From Mustelus asterias (Eukaryota): a DNA stretch of 64,000 bases. The notes beneath the pieces were generated by a model. That model saw nothing but the letters and a program-made list of their open reading frames with translations. It was not told where the DNA came from and ran no database searches. Numbering within the stretch: position 1 is the first letter of the stretch; each line of letters starts with the position of its first letter. Made by a program: the position numbers and the translations under genes. The stretch lies in contig NW_027590123.1 of assembly GCF_964213995.1 (NCBI RefSeq), forward strand, positions 620,001 through 684,000, read 5' to 3'. Positions 47,923-60,500 of the stretch are shown piece by piece.

Positions 47923-48423
47923 TGTTTCTGTGCAGAGGTCAGACGGCTTTCCATCCCAGCGAGAGCGCAGTAATACACAACAGCGTCAGTCAGCTGCAGA
48001 CTCGAGATAGTCAAACTGGTGAATTTACTCGATGCCTGAAGCTGTCCAGAGAAACGGTTTTTCGCAAAATCATCTATATCTTCACCAAATATCAAGTTTT
48101 TCCTCAATATAAACACGGGTGTGTGTCTGCGTGTTTTCGGTAGTAGTATAAATTGTAGTTGCTCATTGTAGTATCATAGCTACAGTTTAAATCACCGTTT
48201 CTCCTTCTGTCTTAACATCTGAGAACAGCGACTGAGTGACAGACTCTCCATGACTCATATCTGAAAAACATGTTAAAATGGAAGCAGATCAGACCGACTG
48301 AATACTTAAAATTCAGTTTTAAACCATGTTTGTAAAATTAAAGAAAATATGAATTGTGTTTGGTCCATAATTACCTGTCAAGAATGTTCCCCACGCAATC
48401 CAGATGCTAAGTAGCAGAATCGT
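47923..48423 (-). pseudogene. TCR delta-like V pseudogene related to the intact V
   Basis: Leader 48423-48375 with ATG>ACG (ILLLSIWIAWGTFLT); exon from 48260 ESVTQS...EGETV, frameshifts, LNCSYDT...RFSGQLQASSKFTSLTISSLQLTDAVVYYCAL; RSS heptamer destroyed, 23-nt spacer similar to the 15186 RSS, nonamer ACAGAAACA. Confidence 0.9.
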
Positions 48424-48510
48424 GGTTGCCTGCTCTGTAAAAGGGGAGTTGGACCTTTGAAAACACCCTTTCCAAACTTCACCCTGCATATTTTGCTGTC
48501 GTGTCTCAGG

Positions 48511-49302
48511 GTGTTCTCATTGCATTTCCTTGTGTCTGGGGTGGTGCTGTGGGGTTTGTTAGCTGGTGAGCCGGCTGCCAATGAATGGATTCACCCCGAA
48601 CTGGGTTCAGCCAGTGGTCTGATAGGACAAATGCTTTCCCAGTTCGACGCGTGGGACCAGATTTGTAACTGGAAACTTGGGGTTGCTGATGGGATTCATT
48701 TATTCCGACCTCAATCCTTCATCTCAGATTCCAGTAAAATCGATGTCAGTGACTGTGGTGGATAAAGCCCGAGTCTGAACTGTTTTCATTAGTTTGACAG
48801 AGAGGTGCTACAGTTGGAAGTGAAGCGGGTGTTTGGCTCCTTGATACTTCTTCTGAATATTAAACCCAAGTCCTGTTTCTCAATTGAATTTCCTGGAGAA
48901 TTTATTCAGCAACATTTCATATGATCCGAAAAATGCTCGGAAGTTACAGATTTTCTTTGCTGTTTTTCACTCTGACCTGCACGGGGGTGACTGAAGCAGA
49001 TGAGGTGATGCTGCTTCCTCGGCAGAAGGTTGTCAGTGAAGAGGAAATCGCATCCATGAACTGCACCACGACCATTTCGTTTAACTACTTGTATTGGTAC
49101 AGACAGAACCCGAATTAGCCACCCCAGTATCTGCTGATTGCCACAAGCGAAACAGATCAAAGCGGGAGGATCACTGCCCCAATCGGCGGAGGCTACAATA
49201 TCAGTGTGCTGACTGTGAGAGACACACAACTAATAGACACTGCCACCTATCTCTGCGCTGTGAGCCACTGTAATAAACACGGGGAGGCCATCTACAAAAA
49301 CC
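48511..49302 (+). pseudogene. TCR alpha-type V pseudogene with RSS
   Basis: Leader relic 48511-48565 (VFSLHFLVSGVVLWGLLA-G|gtgag); acceptor CAG>CGG at ~48983; ASMNCTTTISFNYLYWYRQNPN*PPQYLL...SVLTVRDTQLIDTATYLCAVS; CACTGTA-21nt-ACAAAAACC. Confidence 0.88.
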
Positions 49303-50097
49303 TGCACCGACTGGAAGAGCCACTCTGCTGTGTCTGAGCATCGGCAGAGTGAGTGGTAGGATTATTTAGAGAAAAAGTAAATAAAGGAAATGAGGGCAAC
49401 ACAAAATTAAATATCGAAACTACTGATTAAAATACCGTCAGAAATGAAGAGAGTTGAAAACAGATGGTGAAGAGGAAAGAGGGAACATGTAAACTAGACT
49501 GAGTGGAAAACAGAACAGAGGAAAGTTCAGTAATCGTCGGAGAAGAGGACAGAAAATGAGCAAACGGATGAAATCGAGATGGAGATTGGAAACTACCCTC
49601 TTTCTTCTTATAAATGAGAACAAATGAGAATGGGAGAGTTCCAGGTCCCTTTTTGGGGCCAGTTTGCACGCGCAATCTGATGCACTCTGTCTCTGAAAAG
49701 ATGGGTTAGTCCATTTCTTGCCAGAGAGGCTGTGGGCAGGGCTTAATACGCCAGACAACCTGTAGCGGGAGGTAGTGCGCATGTGCAGACCTCTGATGCT
49801 GCACATGTGCATCAGCAGTAGCAGGGGTCTGACAGGCACAGAGCTGTCAGGTCCCTGCTACTGTATGGAGCCACAACTAGCTCCCCCTCCCCCCAGCATT
49901 CGCGGGGACCCGGGGTCTGAAATGCAACCCCCGCTAACCCGCCGCTGCCAAGACCGATCAGGGCTCCAGTCCCTCCCCCACTGACCGCAGGCAGAGTGGC
50001 AGCTGGCCCCTCTCCCACATTGGCCCGCCTCCAGTGGCAACACCCCCGGCACTGCCCACACAGGCCCCACTCCTGTACTGCCCGGTGGGCATTGCCC

Positions 50098-50410
50098 TGG
50101 TGGCACGGTGGCACAGTGGGTTGCACTGCTGCCTCACAGCGCCAGGGACACAGGTTCGATTCCCAGCTTGCATCTCTGTCTTTGGAGTCTGCACGTTGTC
50201 CCGGTGTCTGCCTGGGATTCCTCTGGGTGCTCCGAATTCTACTCAGTCCGAAGGACGTGCTGGTTAGGTTGATTGGCCATGCTAAATTCTTCCTCAGAGT
50301 ACCTCAGCAGGTGCCAGAGTGTAGCGACTAAGGGATTTTCACAGTAACTTCATTGCAGTGCTGATGTAAGTCTGCATGTGACTAACAAATAAATTAAATA
50401 AAAAAGAGCT
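50098..50410 (+). mobile_element. tRNA-derived SINE inside a GC-rich repeat-like block
   Basis: GGCACGGTGGCACAGTGG.TTGCACTGCTGCCTCACAGCGCCAGGGAC head, A-rich tail; flanking direct repeat GGCATTGCCC. Confidence 0.85.
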
Positions 50411-51322
50411 GGCATTGCCCAGTTGCTAGAGTGGGACTGCCACTCCCGAGGGGCACGTCCACCTTGCACTCGGCCTCCTCGGAGGGCCTCAATGGCCTCC
50501 GGTTCCACATGCAGGGCCAGCACGAATGATCCCCATTCATGTTGAACAGATGTGTTACGCAATGCAGAGAACCTCTCACGGGTGAGGCCATAAAGTCAAG
50601 CGAGCCGAGACGATAGAGCACTGGAGTTGCTAAACATATGGAAATCAACACTTCCATAAAATGAAATAAACTAATCAAACACTCGCCCATTTTCATTGAG
50701 AGACTGACCGCGCTGGAAATCCAGGTGTCATAATGTCACGACAGGTGCGAAAACGGGTGCCATTCACGCTATCCTCTTTACGCCCGATTCAACGACATTT
50801 TTCCGCTGCAAAACGGGCGTCACGAAGTCGTAAAATTCCAACCACAGTGTTTATTCCTTCCGAAAAGTGTAAGAATAAATGGCAAAGCATATGCCTCTAC
50901 ATTCATACAGATTAGAAATGACAATTGTTTTTAATTGTAAGTAAATATGAATACAAAGTTGTATAGAACTGACCTTGAGTGGTGAGGAATAGAGGCTGAG
51001 CGATGGGACCGCTAGAGTTTGTTTCCAGTAAGTGATTCTTCAGCTCAAGAGTCCTTTGGTCAGTAGAGATATTCCAGATACTTTCCCAGCTGCAATTGTT
51101 CTGCTGGATGATTGACTTTCACAGTCAGAGAGGGAGCTTTAAATATTCCTGCAAACGCTGGCTATTTTGTAGGGGTACTGCTCCAGTTACTGTATCGTTT
51201 TCGAAGTGGCAAACTTCCAGCTGGTTTGCTCACAGGGCACACACACATACAACACATACAGACTGACAGACTGTGAGGCAGCAGCCCTGGACAGCTCTCT
51301 GGGCTAGCTTTTAACACTTTTA

Positions 51323-53730
51323 TAGAACATAGAACATAGAACAATACAGCACAGAACAGGCCTTTCGGCCCACGATGTTGTGCCGAGCTTTATCTGAAAC
51401 CAAGATCAAGCTATCCCACTCCCTATCATCCTGGTGTGCTCCATGTGCCTATCCAATAACCGCTTAAATGTTCCTAAAGTGTCTGACTCCACTATCACTG
51501 CAGGCAGTCCATTCCACACCCCAACCACTCTCTGCGCAAAGAACCTACCTCTGATATCCTTCCTGTATCTCCCACGACGAACCCTATAGTTATGCCCCCT
51601 TATAATAGCTCCATCCACCCGAGGAAATAGTCTTTGAACGTTCACTCTATCTATCCCCTTCATCATTTTATAAACCTCTATTAAGTCTCCCCTCAGCCTC
51701 CGCCGCTCCAGAGAGAACAGCCCTAGCTCCCGCCACCTTTCCTCATAAGACCTACCCTCCAAACCAGGCAGCATCCTGGTAAATCTCCTCTGCACTCTTT
51801 CCAGCGCTTCCACATCCTTCTTATAGTGAGGTGACCAGAACTGCACACAATATTCCAAATGTGGTCTCACCAAGGTCCTGTACAGTTGCAGCATAACCCC
51901 ACGGCTCTTAAACTCCAACCCCCTGTTAATAAAAGCTAACACACCATAGGCCTTTTTCACAGCTCTATCCACTTGAGTGGCAACCTTTAGAGATCTGTGG
52001 ATATGAACCCCAAGATCTCTCTGTTCCTCCACAGTCTTCAGAACCCTACCTTTGACCCTGTAATCCACATTTAAATTAGTCCTACCAAAATGAATCACCT
52101 CACATTTATCAGGGTTAAACTCCATTTGCCATTTTTCAGCCCAGCTTTGCATCCTATCTATGTTTCTTTGCAGCCTACAACAGCCCTCCACCTCATTCAC
52201 TACTCCACCAATCTTGGTGTCTTCAGCAAATTTACTGATCCACCCTTCAGCCCCCTCCTCTAAGTCATTAATAAAAATCACAAATAGCAGAGGACCAAGC
52301 ACTGATCCCTGCGGCACTCCGCTAGCAAACTGCCTCCAATCCGAAAATTTTCCATCGACCACCACCCTCTGTCTTCGATCAGACAGCCAGTTACCTATCC
52401 AATCGGCCAACTTTCCCTCTATCCCACACCTCCTCACTTTCATCATAAGCCGACCATGGGGGAACTTATCAAACGCCTTACTAAAATCCATGTATATGAC
52501 ATCAACTGCCCTACCTTCATCAACACACTTAGTGACCTCCTCAATAAATTCGATCAAATTTGTGAGGCACGATTTGCCCTTCACGAATCCGTGCTGACTC
52601 TCCCGGATTAATCCGCATCTTTCCAAATGGTCGTAAATCCCATCCCAAAGGACCTTTTCCATCAATTTACCAACCACCGAAGTAAGACTAACCGGTCTAT
52701 AATTACCAGGGTCATTTCTATTCCCTTTCTTAAACAGAGGAACAACATTCGACATTCTCCAGTCCTCTGGCACCCTCCCCGTGGACAGCGAGGACCCAAA
52801 GATCAAAGCCAAAGGCTCTGCAATCTCATCCCATGCCTCCCAAAGAATCCTAGGATACATTTCATCAGGCCCAGGGGACTGATCGACCTTCAGTTTATTC
52901 AAAACTGCCAGGACATCCTCCCTCCGAACATCTATTTCCTCCAGCCTATTAGCCTGTAACACATTCTCTTCCTCAAAAACATGGCCCGTCTCCTTGGTGA
53001 ACACTGAAGAAAAGTATTCATTCATCACCTCGCCTATCTCAACTGAATCCATACACAAGTTCCCACTACTGTCCTTGACCGGCCCTAACCTCACCCTGGT
53101 CATCCTTTTATTCCTCACATAAGAGTAAAAAGCCTTGGGGTTTTCTTTGATCCGACCCGCCAAGGACTTCTCGTGTCCCCGCCTGGCTCTCCTAAGCCCC
53201 TTTTTCAGCTCATTCCTTGCTAACCTGTAACCCTCAATCGAGCCATCTGAACCTTGTTTCCTCATCCATACATAAGCTTCCCTCTTCCTTTTCACAAGGC
53301 ATTCCACCTCTTTCGTGAACCATGGTTCCCTCACTCGGCCATTTCCTCCCTGCCTGACAGGGGCATACCTATCAAGGACATCCAGTATTTGTTCCTTGAA
53401 AAAGTTCCACTTTTCATTAGATCCTTTCTCTGACAGTTTCTGTTCCCAACTTATGCCCCCTAATTCTTGCCTAATCGCATCATAATTACCTCTCCCCCAA
53501 TTGTAAACCTTGCCCTGCTGTACGGCCCTATCCCTCTCCATTGCAATAACAAAAGACACCGAATTGTGGTCACTATCTCCAAAGTGCTCTCCCACAACCA
53601 AATCTAACACTTGGCCCGGTTCATTTCCCAGTTCCAAATCCAATGTGGCCTCACCTCTTGTCGGCCTATCCACATATTGTGTCAGGAAACTCCTGCACAC
53701 ACTGCACAAAAACTGCCCCATCCGAACTAT
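51323..53730 (-). mobile_element. CR1-type LINE, long 5'-truncated ORF2
   Basis: 796 aa ORF containing the end of the endonuclease (PTRGEATLDL, SDH) and the complete RT (FAED variant); (TTCTATG)n tail. Confidence 0.97.
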
Positions 53731-54069
53731 CCGAACTTTCTTTGTGTATTCCAAGTGGAGACACAGGATGGCCATTTTTGTCTCGGAAATTAACATCTAT
53801 CGCATCTGACATAAAATAGTTGTTATGTCCCTTTGTCAATACCGGGGATGGGAATCAGTCTTTGGATAGTTTTACAATTATCTTTTCAGTAAGCACAGGG
53901 AGGTGTTCAATGTTCAGAGAGAGACCCTGCAGCCATTCCTGTCAGTGTTTGGCTGTGCATTCTCAGCTATTATTGTTGTATCCGTCCATTTTTAAAATAT
54001 TAAACGTAGTTCATTTGTAAAGTTGAAATATTATTGTATATAACTCCAGCATTATTCTCCATTAATGTG

Positions 54070-54670
54070 GCTTTCTCTCCACCTCTCTCTCACTCACGTT
54101 CGCCCCCGGCCCCCACCTCTCTGTCTCTTTCTCTTCCCCACTATCTCTGCCGCTTCTCTCTTTATGCCCCTGCTCTCTCTGCCCCCTCTTTCCGTGTGCC
54201 ACTTTCTCTCTACCCCCCTCTCTCTGCCCCTCTCACTCTACCCCAATCCCTCTCTTCCCCACTCACCCTGCTCCATGCTGTCTCTGCCCCACGCTTTCAC
54301 TGCCCCACTTTCTCTCTGTACCTCTCTCACTGCCCCACGCTGTCAGTGCACTTCTCTCTCTGCCCACTCTCCCTCTGCCCCCTCCCTCTCTCTCTCTCTG
54401 TCTCCTCACTCTCTACGCCCTCAATCTCTCACTGCACCCTCTCTCTATCTGCCTCCTTCTCTGCCCCCCTTCTCTCTCTCTGCAACCGTCCCTGCCCTCT
54501 CTTCATTCTCTCTCTCTGCAACCGTCCCTGCCCTCTCTTCACCCTCTCTCGCACTGCCCCTCTCGCTCTACCCGACTCTCTCCCCTTCTTTCTCTCTCTC
54601 GAGGTGTCTGATCCTGTTGTTTTATTTCTATGCTAGATATCTCGCCCTCCCTCCCTCTCTCTCGCTGAGA
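54070..54670. repeat. CT-rich low-complexity tract
   Basis: Repeated CTCTCTCTGCCCC-like units. Confidence 0.9.
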
Positions 54671-55059
54671 CTGATTCTGGAGCCTAATGACCCTCCTGTT
54701 CCCCTTCAATCTGCTGTCCCATTTTGACTCCAAATTGACAATGCAACACTTAACTCTTAACCCCAGGTGTTTATGTAGGTGCCCTCTGTGACCTCACTTC
54801 GCTTTTTGGTTACCTCATGCCCTCTCCGTGACCTCACTTCGTCAGGCCACCCCCACCGGTTCACTGTGGGAATTGTAGGACCACTTTCCAAGAGTGTGAT
54901 GTTTGGATGATTGCTGTCCAATCAGAGTGAAGCAGCGGGATAATGGGCAGCTGGAAGGGTGAATCGGAGAGGTGATATATCATTGTAATTGTTTTGCTGT
55001 CAAGTCAGAGCAAGGTAGTTGGATATTGGACAGTTGACCTAGCCAATTGGAGGGTCCAA

Positions 55060-56215
55060 TTAATGTAGTTTATATGGTATTTAGCAAAGCTTTTAACAAG
55101 GACCCACATGGGGGAACTGATTGACAAGGCTGAAGCATATGGAATTCAGGGAAACTTTGCAAAGTAGATCCAAAACTGGCTTCGTAATCGTAAACAAAGT
55201 ATCATTATAGAAGGTTGCTTGAGTGGCTGAAAGCCGTTGCCGAGTGGCGTACCACAAAGATCAGTGCAGGGACACTTGTTTGTTATCTACACAAATGATA
55301 GGATGATAATGTAGGGGAATGACAAGCAAGGTTGGTAGGGTGGTTAAGAGTAAAGAAACAGGTTGCAGTTGTCAGAAAGATTTAGATGTGTTGGTCAGAT
55401 GGCAGAGCAGTGGCAGATGGTATTTAATCCTGATAAATGCGAGCTGATGCACTTTGGGAGAAGTAACAAGACAAAGGAGTATTTAACGAATGTCACGACA
55501 CGAGAAGGCTCAGAGAAACAGAGGGTTCTTGGGGTAATTATTCATAGAGCCTTGAAGGCAGCAGAGCTGATGAATATGATATTTAGGAACGCATACGGAC
55601 ACTTGCTTTTCACAGTTGTGGCATAGAGTGAAGAGCAAGGAGGTAATGTTGGAGCTGCACAGAACACGGGTTAGGCCACAGCAGGCGTACTGCGTACAGT
55701 TCTGGTCATCACACTATCGGAAGGATGTGATTCCACTAGTACAGAGGATATTCACCAAGCGTTTGCCTAGAATGGAGCATTTGAGCAATAAAGGGAGACT
55801 GGATAGGCTTGGATTGTTATTTTGTTCGAGAACAGAGGTGACCGAGGAAATATGATTAAGGTATATCACATTATGAGCGGTATGGACATGCTGAATGGGA
55901 AGCAGCTATTCCCCTTGGTTGAGGATTAATCACATGGGAGCGTAGTTTTTGGGCAAGGGACAGGGGATTCAGAGGGGAATTTTAAAAAATGCTCAGCGGA
56001 TGGTGACAATCTGGAATGCTCTTCCTCCGAAGGTAATGGAGGCGGGAAAACTCTAGACTTTTTAAATGTATTTGGATGAGAACTTGAAACATCATAACAT
56101 TCAAGGATATGGGACAAGTGCTGGAGCATGAAAGTAATGCGACTTGAATGGTAGTTATTGTGGGTGCAGACTTGATGGACCGAGGAGCCTTTTCTGCACT
56201 GCACAACTGTATGAA
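55060..56215 (+). mobile_element. Old, heavily mutated CR1 LINE
   Basis: Broken FSKAF.K.PHG, WQM.FNPDKCE.MHFG, VRPQ..YCVQFWS motifs. Confidence 0.85.
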
Positions 56216-56300
56216 TCAATTGAGATCCTGTCGTGTTTGTACACTCCCCTTTCAGGAAATGTAAAAGAAAATGAAAAAAAATCTGGAAACTCTCAGTGAT

Positions 56301-57199
56301 TCAGTTCTTCCCTGAATGACTTTGAGTAAAGGGATATTTCATCACATTCTTCAACTGCTCCCTGAACTTAGTCTGGGTGACTGCATAAATAAAGGTGTTT
56401 GTGCAGCAACTCAGGAGCTGCAGCATTAGGCCCAATTCCTGAACAAAAATCCCACTGTATGGAGATGGATACCCCAACCAGAACATCTGGAAAGATAAAG
56501 TATCAATCATTAACGTTGACCATAACAGGATGAAATTGGCTGAAATAACAAACAGTAAAATGATGGAGTTTCTTCGACTTTCCATTTCTGGGTCACTGAG
56601 ACTCTCCCCATTGCAGTGAGCCCGGAGTCTCTTGCGGGCCCTGCTCGTCACTAAAATGTGCCTGATGGTGAGAACATTGAGCAGTGGAATCAGAACAAAT
56701 GGGATACATGGGGTTAGAATATAATGGAGAAACACAATTGCTCCCCAGACTGGAGAAAGCATGACATCAAATGAGTAATTACAAAACCAAGGGTCGTTCA
56801 TCAATACATACTGACGTGTAACTATAAAATACCAGAAAATATTCTTTAAGAAGCTCAGTGCAGTCACTGTTCCCAGAACCACAGACGCCGTTTTCTTGCT
56901 GCAATATTTATTTTTCAGCTTCTGGCAACAAATGGCCACAAATCGATCAAAGGTGAAAGTGACGGTGAACCAGACAGAACAGTCAGTGGCTGCATAAACC
57001 AGGACAGCGTGGACATTACACACGGGGATGAATTTCAGGAATTGAAACTGTTCAGCAAAAACAATCGGAATGTGTCTCAATATCAGGTCGAGGATAATAA
57101 CCAGTAGATCCGCCAATGTCATGGCCACCAGATAACGAGTAACACATCTGGAGAGACCACAGTTTTTGCGGATGAGGATCACAATGGTGACTAAGTTCA
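56301..57199 (-). CDS. GPR139/GPR142-like class A orphan GPCR, coding exon 2
   Basis: Open 299 codons; acceptor TTGCAG; TM1 end NLVTIVIL, TM2 YLVAMTLADLL, TM3 TVTFTFDRFVAIC, TM7 LQLLSCCTNTFIY. Confidence 0.88.
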
Positions 57200-57599
57200 C
57201 TGCAAGGAAGGGAAATAAACAATGAAATCATACATCATGCTGCTGGCAAAATGACCAGTTTAATTGAGGAGGTATTGAGACGTGCTAATACATTCTGTAA
57301 TGTATTAAAGTAATCAGACATGATAGAACAAATGAGAACGTCTGTGACACAATGGAAGGAATCATAGATGAAATAAAATCAGGGTGCGCGGAAAATGGTG
57401 AGGCAGGAATGACACAGGGAGCCAGAGGTGATGGAGAGAGTCTGGAGTGATAGGGGATCCTGGTGATCGTGGTGGGATGCAGGATGATGCACAGCTCAGG
57501 AGTGATGCGGTGTGGGGTGACTGGGAGGAGCCAAGGGTGATGGGCCTGTTAGGGACAGAGGAGCGATGTTGACAATTTATGTGTTTTCCCAAATGATTT

Positions 57600-60500
57600 G
57601 AAACAATTTTTAAATGATTTTGATTTGGACGTGAAAGAGACTCCAGCATGGCATGGTGCAAGTGTCCAGGATGTCTCTGAACGGGCAAAAAGCATTCTGA
57701 AGGGAGAGGGTGAACAGCCAGTGGTTGTGCTACATATTCCTACTGACGATACAGGTAGGAAGAGTGACGAGGTCCTGCAGCAGCAGTTTAGGAAGCTTAG
57801 TAGAAAGTTAAAAAGCAGTAACCTCTCGGGTTGTAATCTCAGGATTACTCCCTGTGTCACGTGCCAGTAAGGCTAGAAATAGGAATGAAGTACAGCTCAA
57901 CACGTGGCTGAACAGCTGGTGTAGGAGGTAGGGTTTCAGATATCTGGACCATTGGGATCGCTTCAGGGGCAGGTGGGATCTCAACAAGAAGAATGGGGTG
58001 CATCTAAACTGGAAGGGCATAAATATTCTGGCCGGGAGGTTTGCTCGTGTCACACGGGAGGATTTAAATTAGTTTGGCAGGGGAGTGGGAACCAAAGCAA
58101 AGGTGAATTAACTGAAGGGCAACCAGAAAGTAGAACATAGAACATTACAGCGCAGTACAGGCCCTTCGGCCCTCGATGTTGCGCCGACCAGTGGTACTAA
58201 TCTAAAGCCCCTCTAATCTACACTATTCCAATATCATCCATATGTTTATCCAATAACCACTTGAACGCTCTCAACGTTGACGAGTCCACCACTGCTGCAG
58301 GCAGGGCATTCCACGCCCTTACTACTCTCTGAGTAAAGAACGTACCTCTAACATCTGTCCTATATCGCTCACCCCTCAATTTAAAGCTATGTCCCCTCGT
58401 GCTAGCCAACACTATCCGAGGAAAAAGGTTCGCACTATCCACCCTATCTAATCCTCTGATCATCTTGTATGCCTCTATTAAGTCACCTCTTAACCTTTTT
58501 CTCTCTAACGAAAACAACCTCGAGCCCCTCAGCCTTTCCTCATACGATTTTCCCACCATACCAGGCAACATCCTGGTAAATCTCCTCTGCACCCTTTCCA
58601 ACACTTCCACATCTTTCCTATAGTACGGCGACCAGAACTGTACGCAATACTCCAAATGGGGCCGCACCAGAGTTTTGTACAGTTGCAGCATGACCTCCTG
58701 GCTCCGAAACTCAATCCCTCTACCAATAAAAGCTGACACACCGTACACCTTCTTAACAACCCTATCAACCTGGGTGCCAAATTTCAGGGATCTATTTCAG
58801 GACACCCAGATCCCTCTGTTCATCCACACTACCAAGTATCTTAACATAGCCCAATACTCTGTATTCCTGTTACTCCTTCCAAAGTGAATCACCTCACACT
58901 TTTCCGCATTAAACTCCATTTGCCACCTCTCAGCCCAGCTCTGCAGCTTATCTATGTCCCTCTGTAAACTGCCACTTCCCTCCGCACTGTCTACAACTCC
59001 ACCGACTTTAGTGTCATCCGCAAATTTACTAATCCATCCTTCCACGCCCTCATCCAAGTCATTAATGAAAATGACAAACAGCAGTGGCCCCAAAACAGAT
59101 CCTTGCGGTACACCACTAGTAACTGAACTCCAGGATGAATATTTCCCATCAACCACCACCCTTTGTTTTCTTACAGCTAGCCAATTCCTGATCCAAACCA
59201 CTAAATCACCCTCAATCCCATGCGTCCGTATTTTCTGCAAAAGCTTACCATGGGGAACCTTATCAAACGCTGTGCTGAAATCCATATACACCACATCAAC
59301 CGCTTTACCCTCATCCACCTCTTTGGTCGCCTTCTCAAAGAACGCAATAAGGTTTGTGAGGCACGACCTACCCTTCACAAAACCGTGCTGACTATCCCTA
59401 ATCAAATTATTCTAGGTGATTATAAATCCTATCTCTTATAATCCTTTCCAATACTTTGCCCACAGCAGAAGTAAGACTCACCGGTCTATAATTAGCAGGG
59501 TTGTCCCTACTCCCCTTCTTGAACAAGGGGACAACATTTGCCATCCTCCAGTCTTCTGGCACTGTTCCTGTAGACAATGACGACACAAAGATCAAAGCCA
59601 AAGGCTCTGCAATCTCCTCTCTAGCCTCCCAGAGAATCCTAGGATAAATCCCATCCGGCCCAGGGGACTTATCTATTTTTACCTTTTCCAGAATTGCTAA
59701 CACCTCCTCCTTATGAACATCAATACCATCCAGTCCAACAGCCTGCATCTCAGTACTCCCCTCAACAACACTGTCCCTCTCCAGTGTGAATACCGACGAA
59801 AAATATTCATTTAGTGCCTCTCCTATCTCTTCAGACTCCACGCACAACATCCCACTCCTGTCCTTGACTGGCCCTAATCTTACCCTAGTCATTCTTTTAC
59901 TCCTGACATACCTATAGAAAGCTTTAGGGTTTTCCTTGATCCTACCTGCCAAAGACTTCTCATGTCCCCTCCTGGCTCTTCTTGACTCTTTCTTTAGGTC
60001 CTTCCTGGCTAAGTTGTAACTCTCAAGCACCCTAACTGAGCCTTCACGTCTCATCTTAACATAAGTCTCCTTCTTCCTCTTCACAAGAGATTCAACCTCC
60101 TTAGTAAACCACGGTTCCCTCACACGTCTGCTTCCTCCCTGCCTGACAGGTGCATATTTATCAAGGAAGTGTAGTAGCTGTTCCTTGAACAAGTTCCGCA
60201 TTACAATTGTGCCCATCCCCTGCAGGTTCCTTCCCCAACCTATGCCAGCTAAGTCTTGCCTAATCGCATCATAATTTCCTTTCCCCCAGCTATAACTTTG
60301 CCCTTTGGTATATACCTATCCTGTTCCATTGCTAAAGTAAACGTAATCGAATTGTGGTCACTGTCACCAAAGTGCTCACCTACCTCCAAATCTAACACCT
60401 GGCCTGGTTCATTACCCAGTACCAAATCCAATGTGGCCTCGCCTCGTAGGGCCAGTAAGACTCAGAAAAAGAGCAGGCAGGGTGTGATTGCTAATGAAAG

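Noticed and set aside
48921-49118. Apparent intronless leader+V ORF (MIRKMLGSYRFSLLFFTLTCTGVTEADEV...)
   Set aside because: The hydrophobic stretch is the translated polypyrimidine tract before a mutated acceptor (CAG>CGG). A separate leader relic with a GTGAG donor lies at 48511-48565, and the V has an internal stop
51406-53796. 796 aa ORF as a host gene or active LINE
   Set aside because: 5'-truncated CR1 ORF2 lacking most of the endonuclease, with FADD>FAED; the N-terminus is read-through from flanking DNA
54034-54727. 200-220 aa Leu/Ser/Pro-rich ORFs
   Set aside because: Translation of a CT microsatellite-like region
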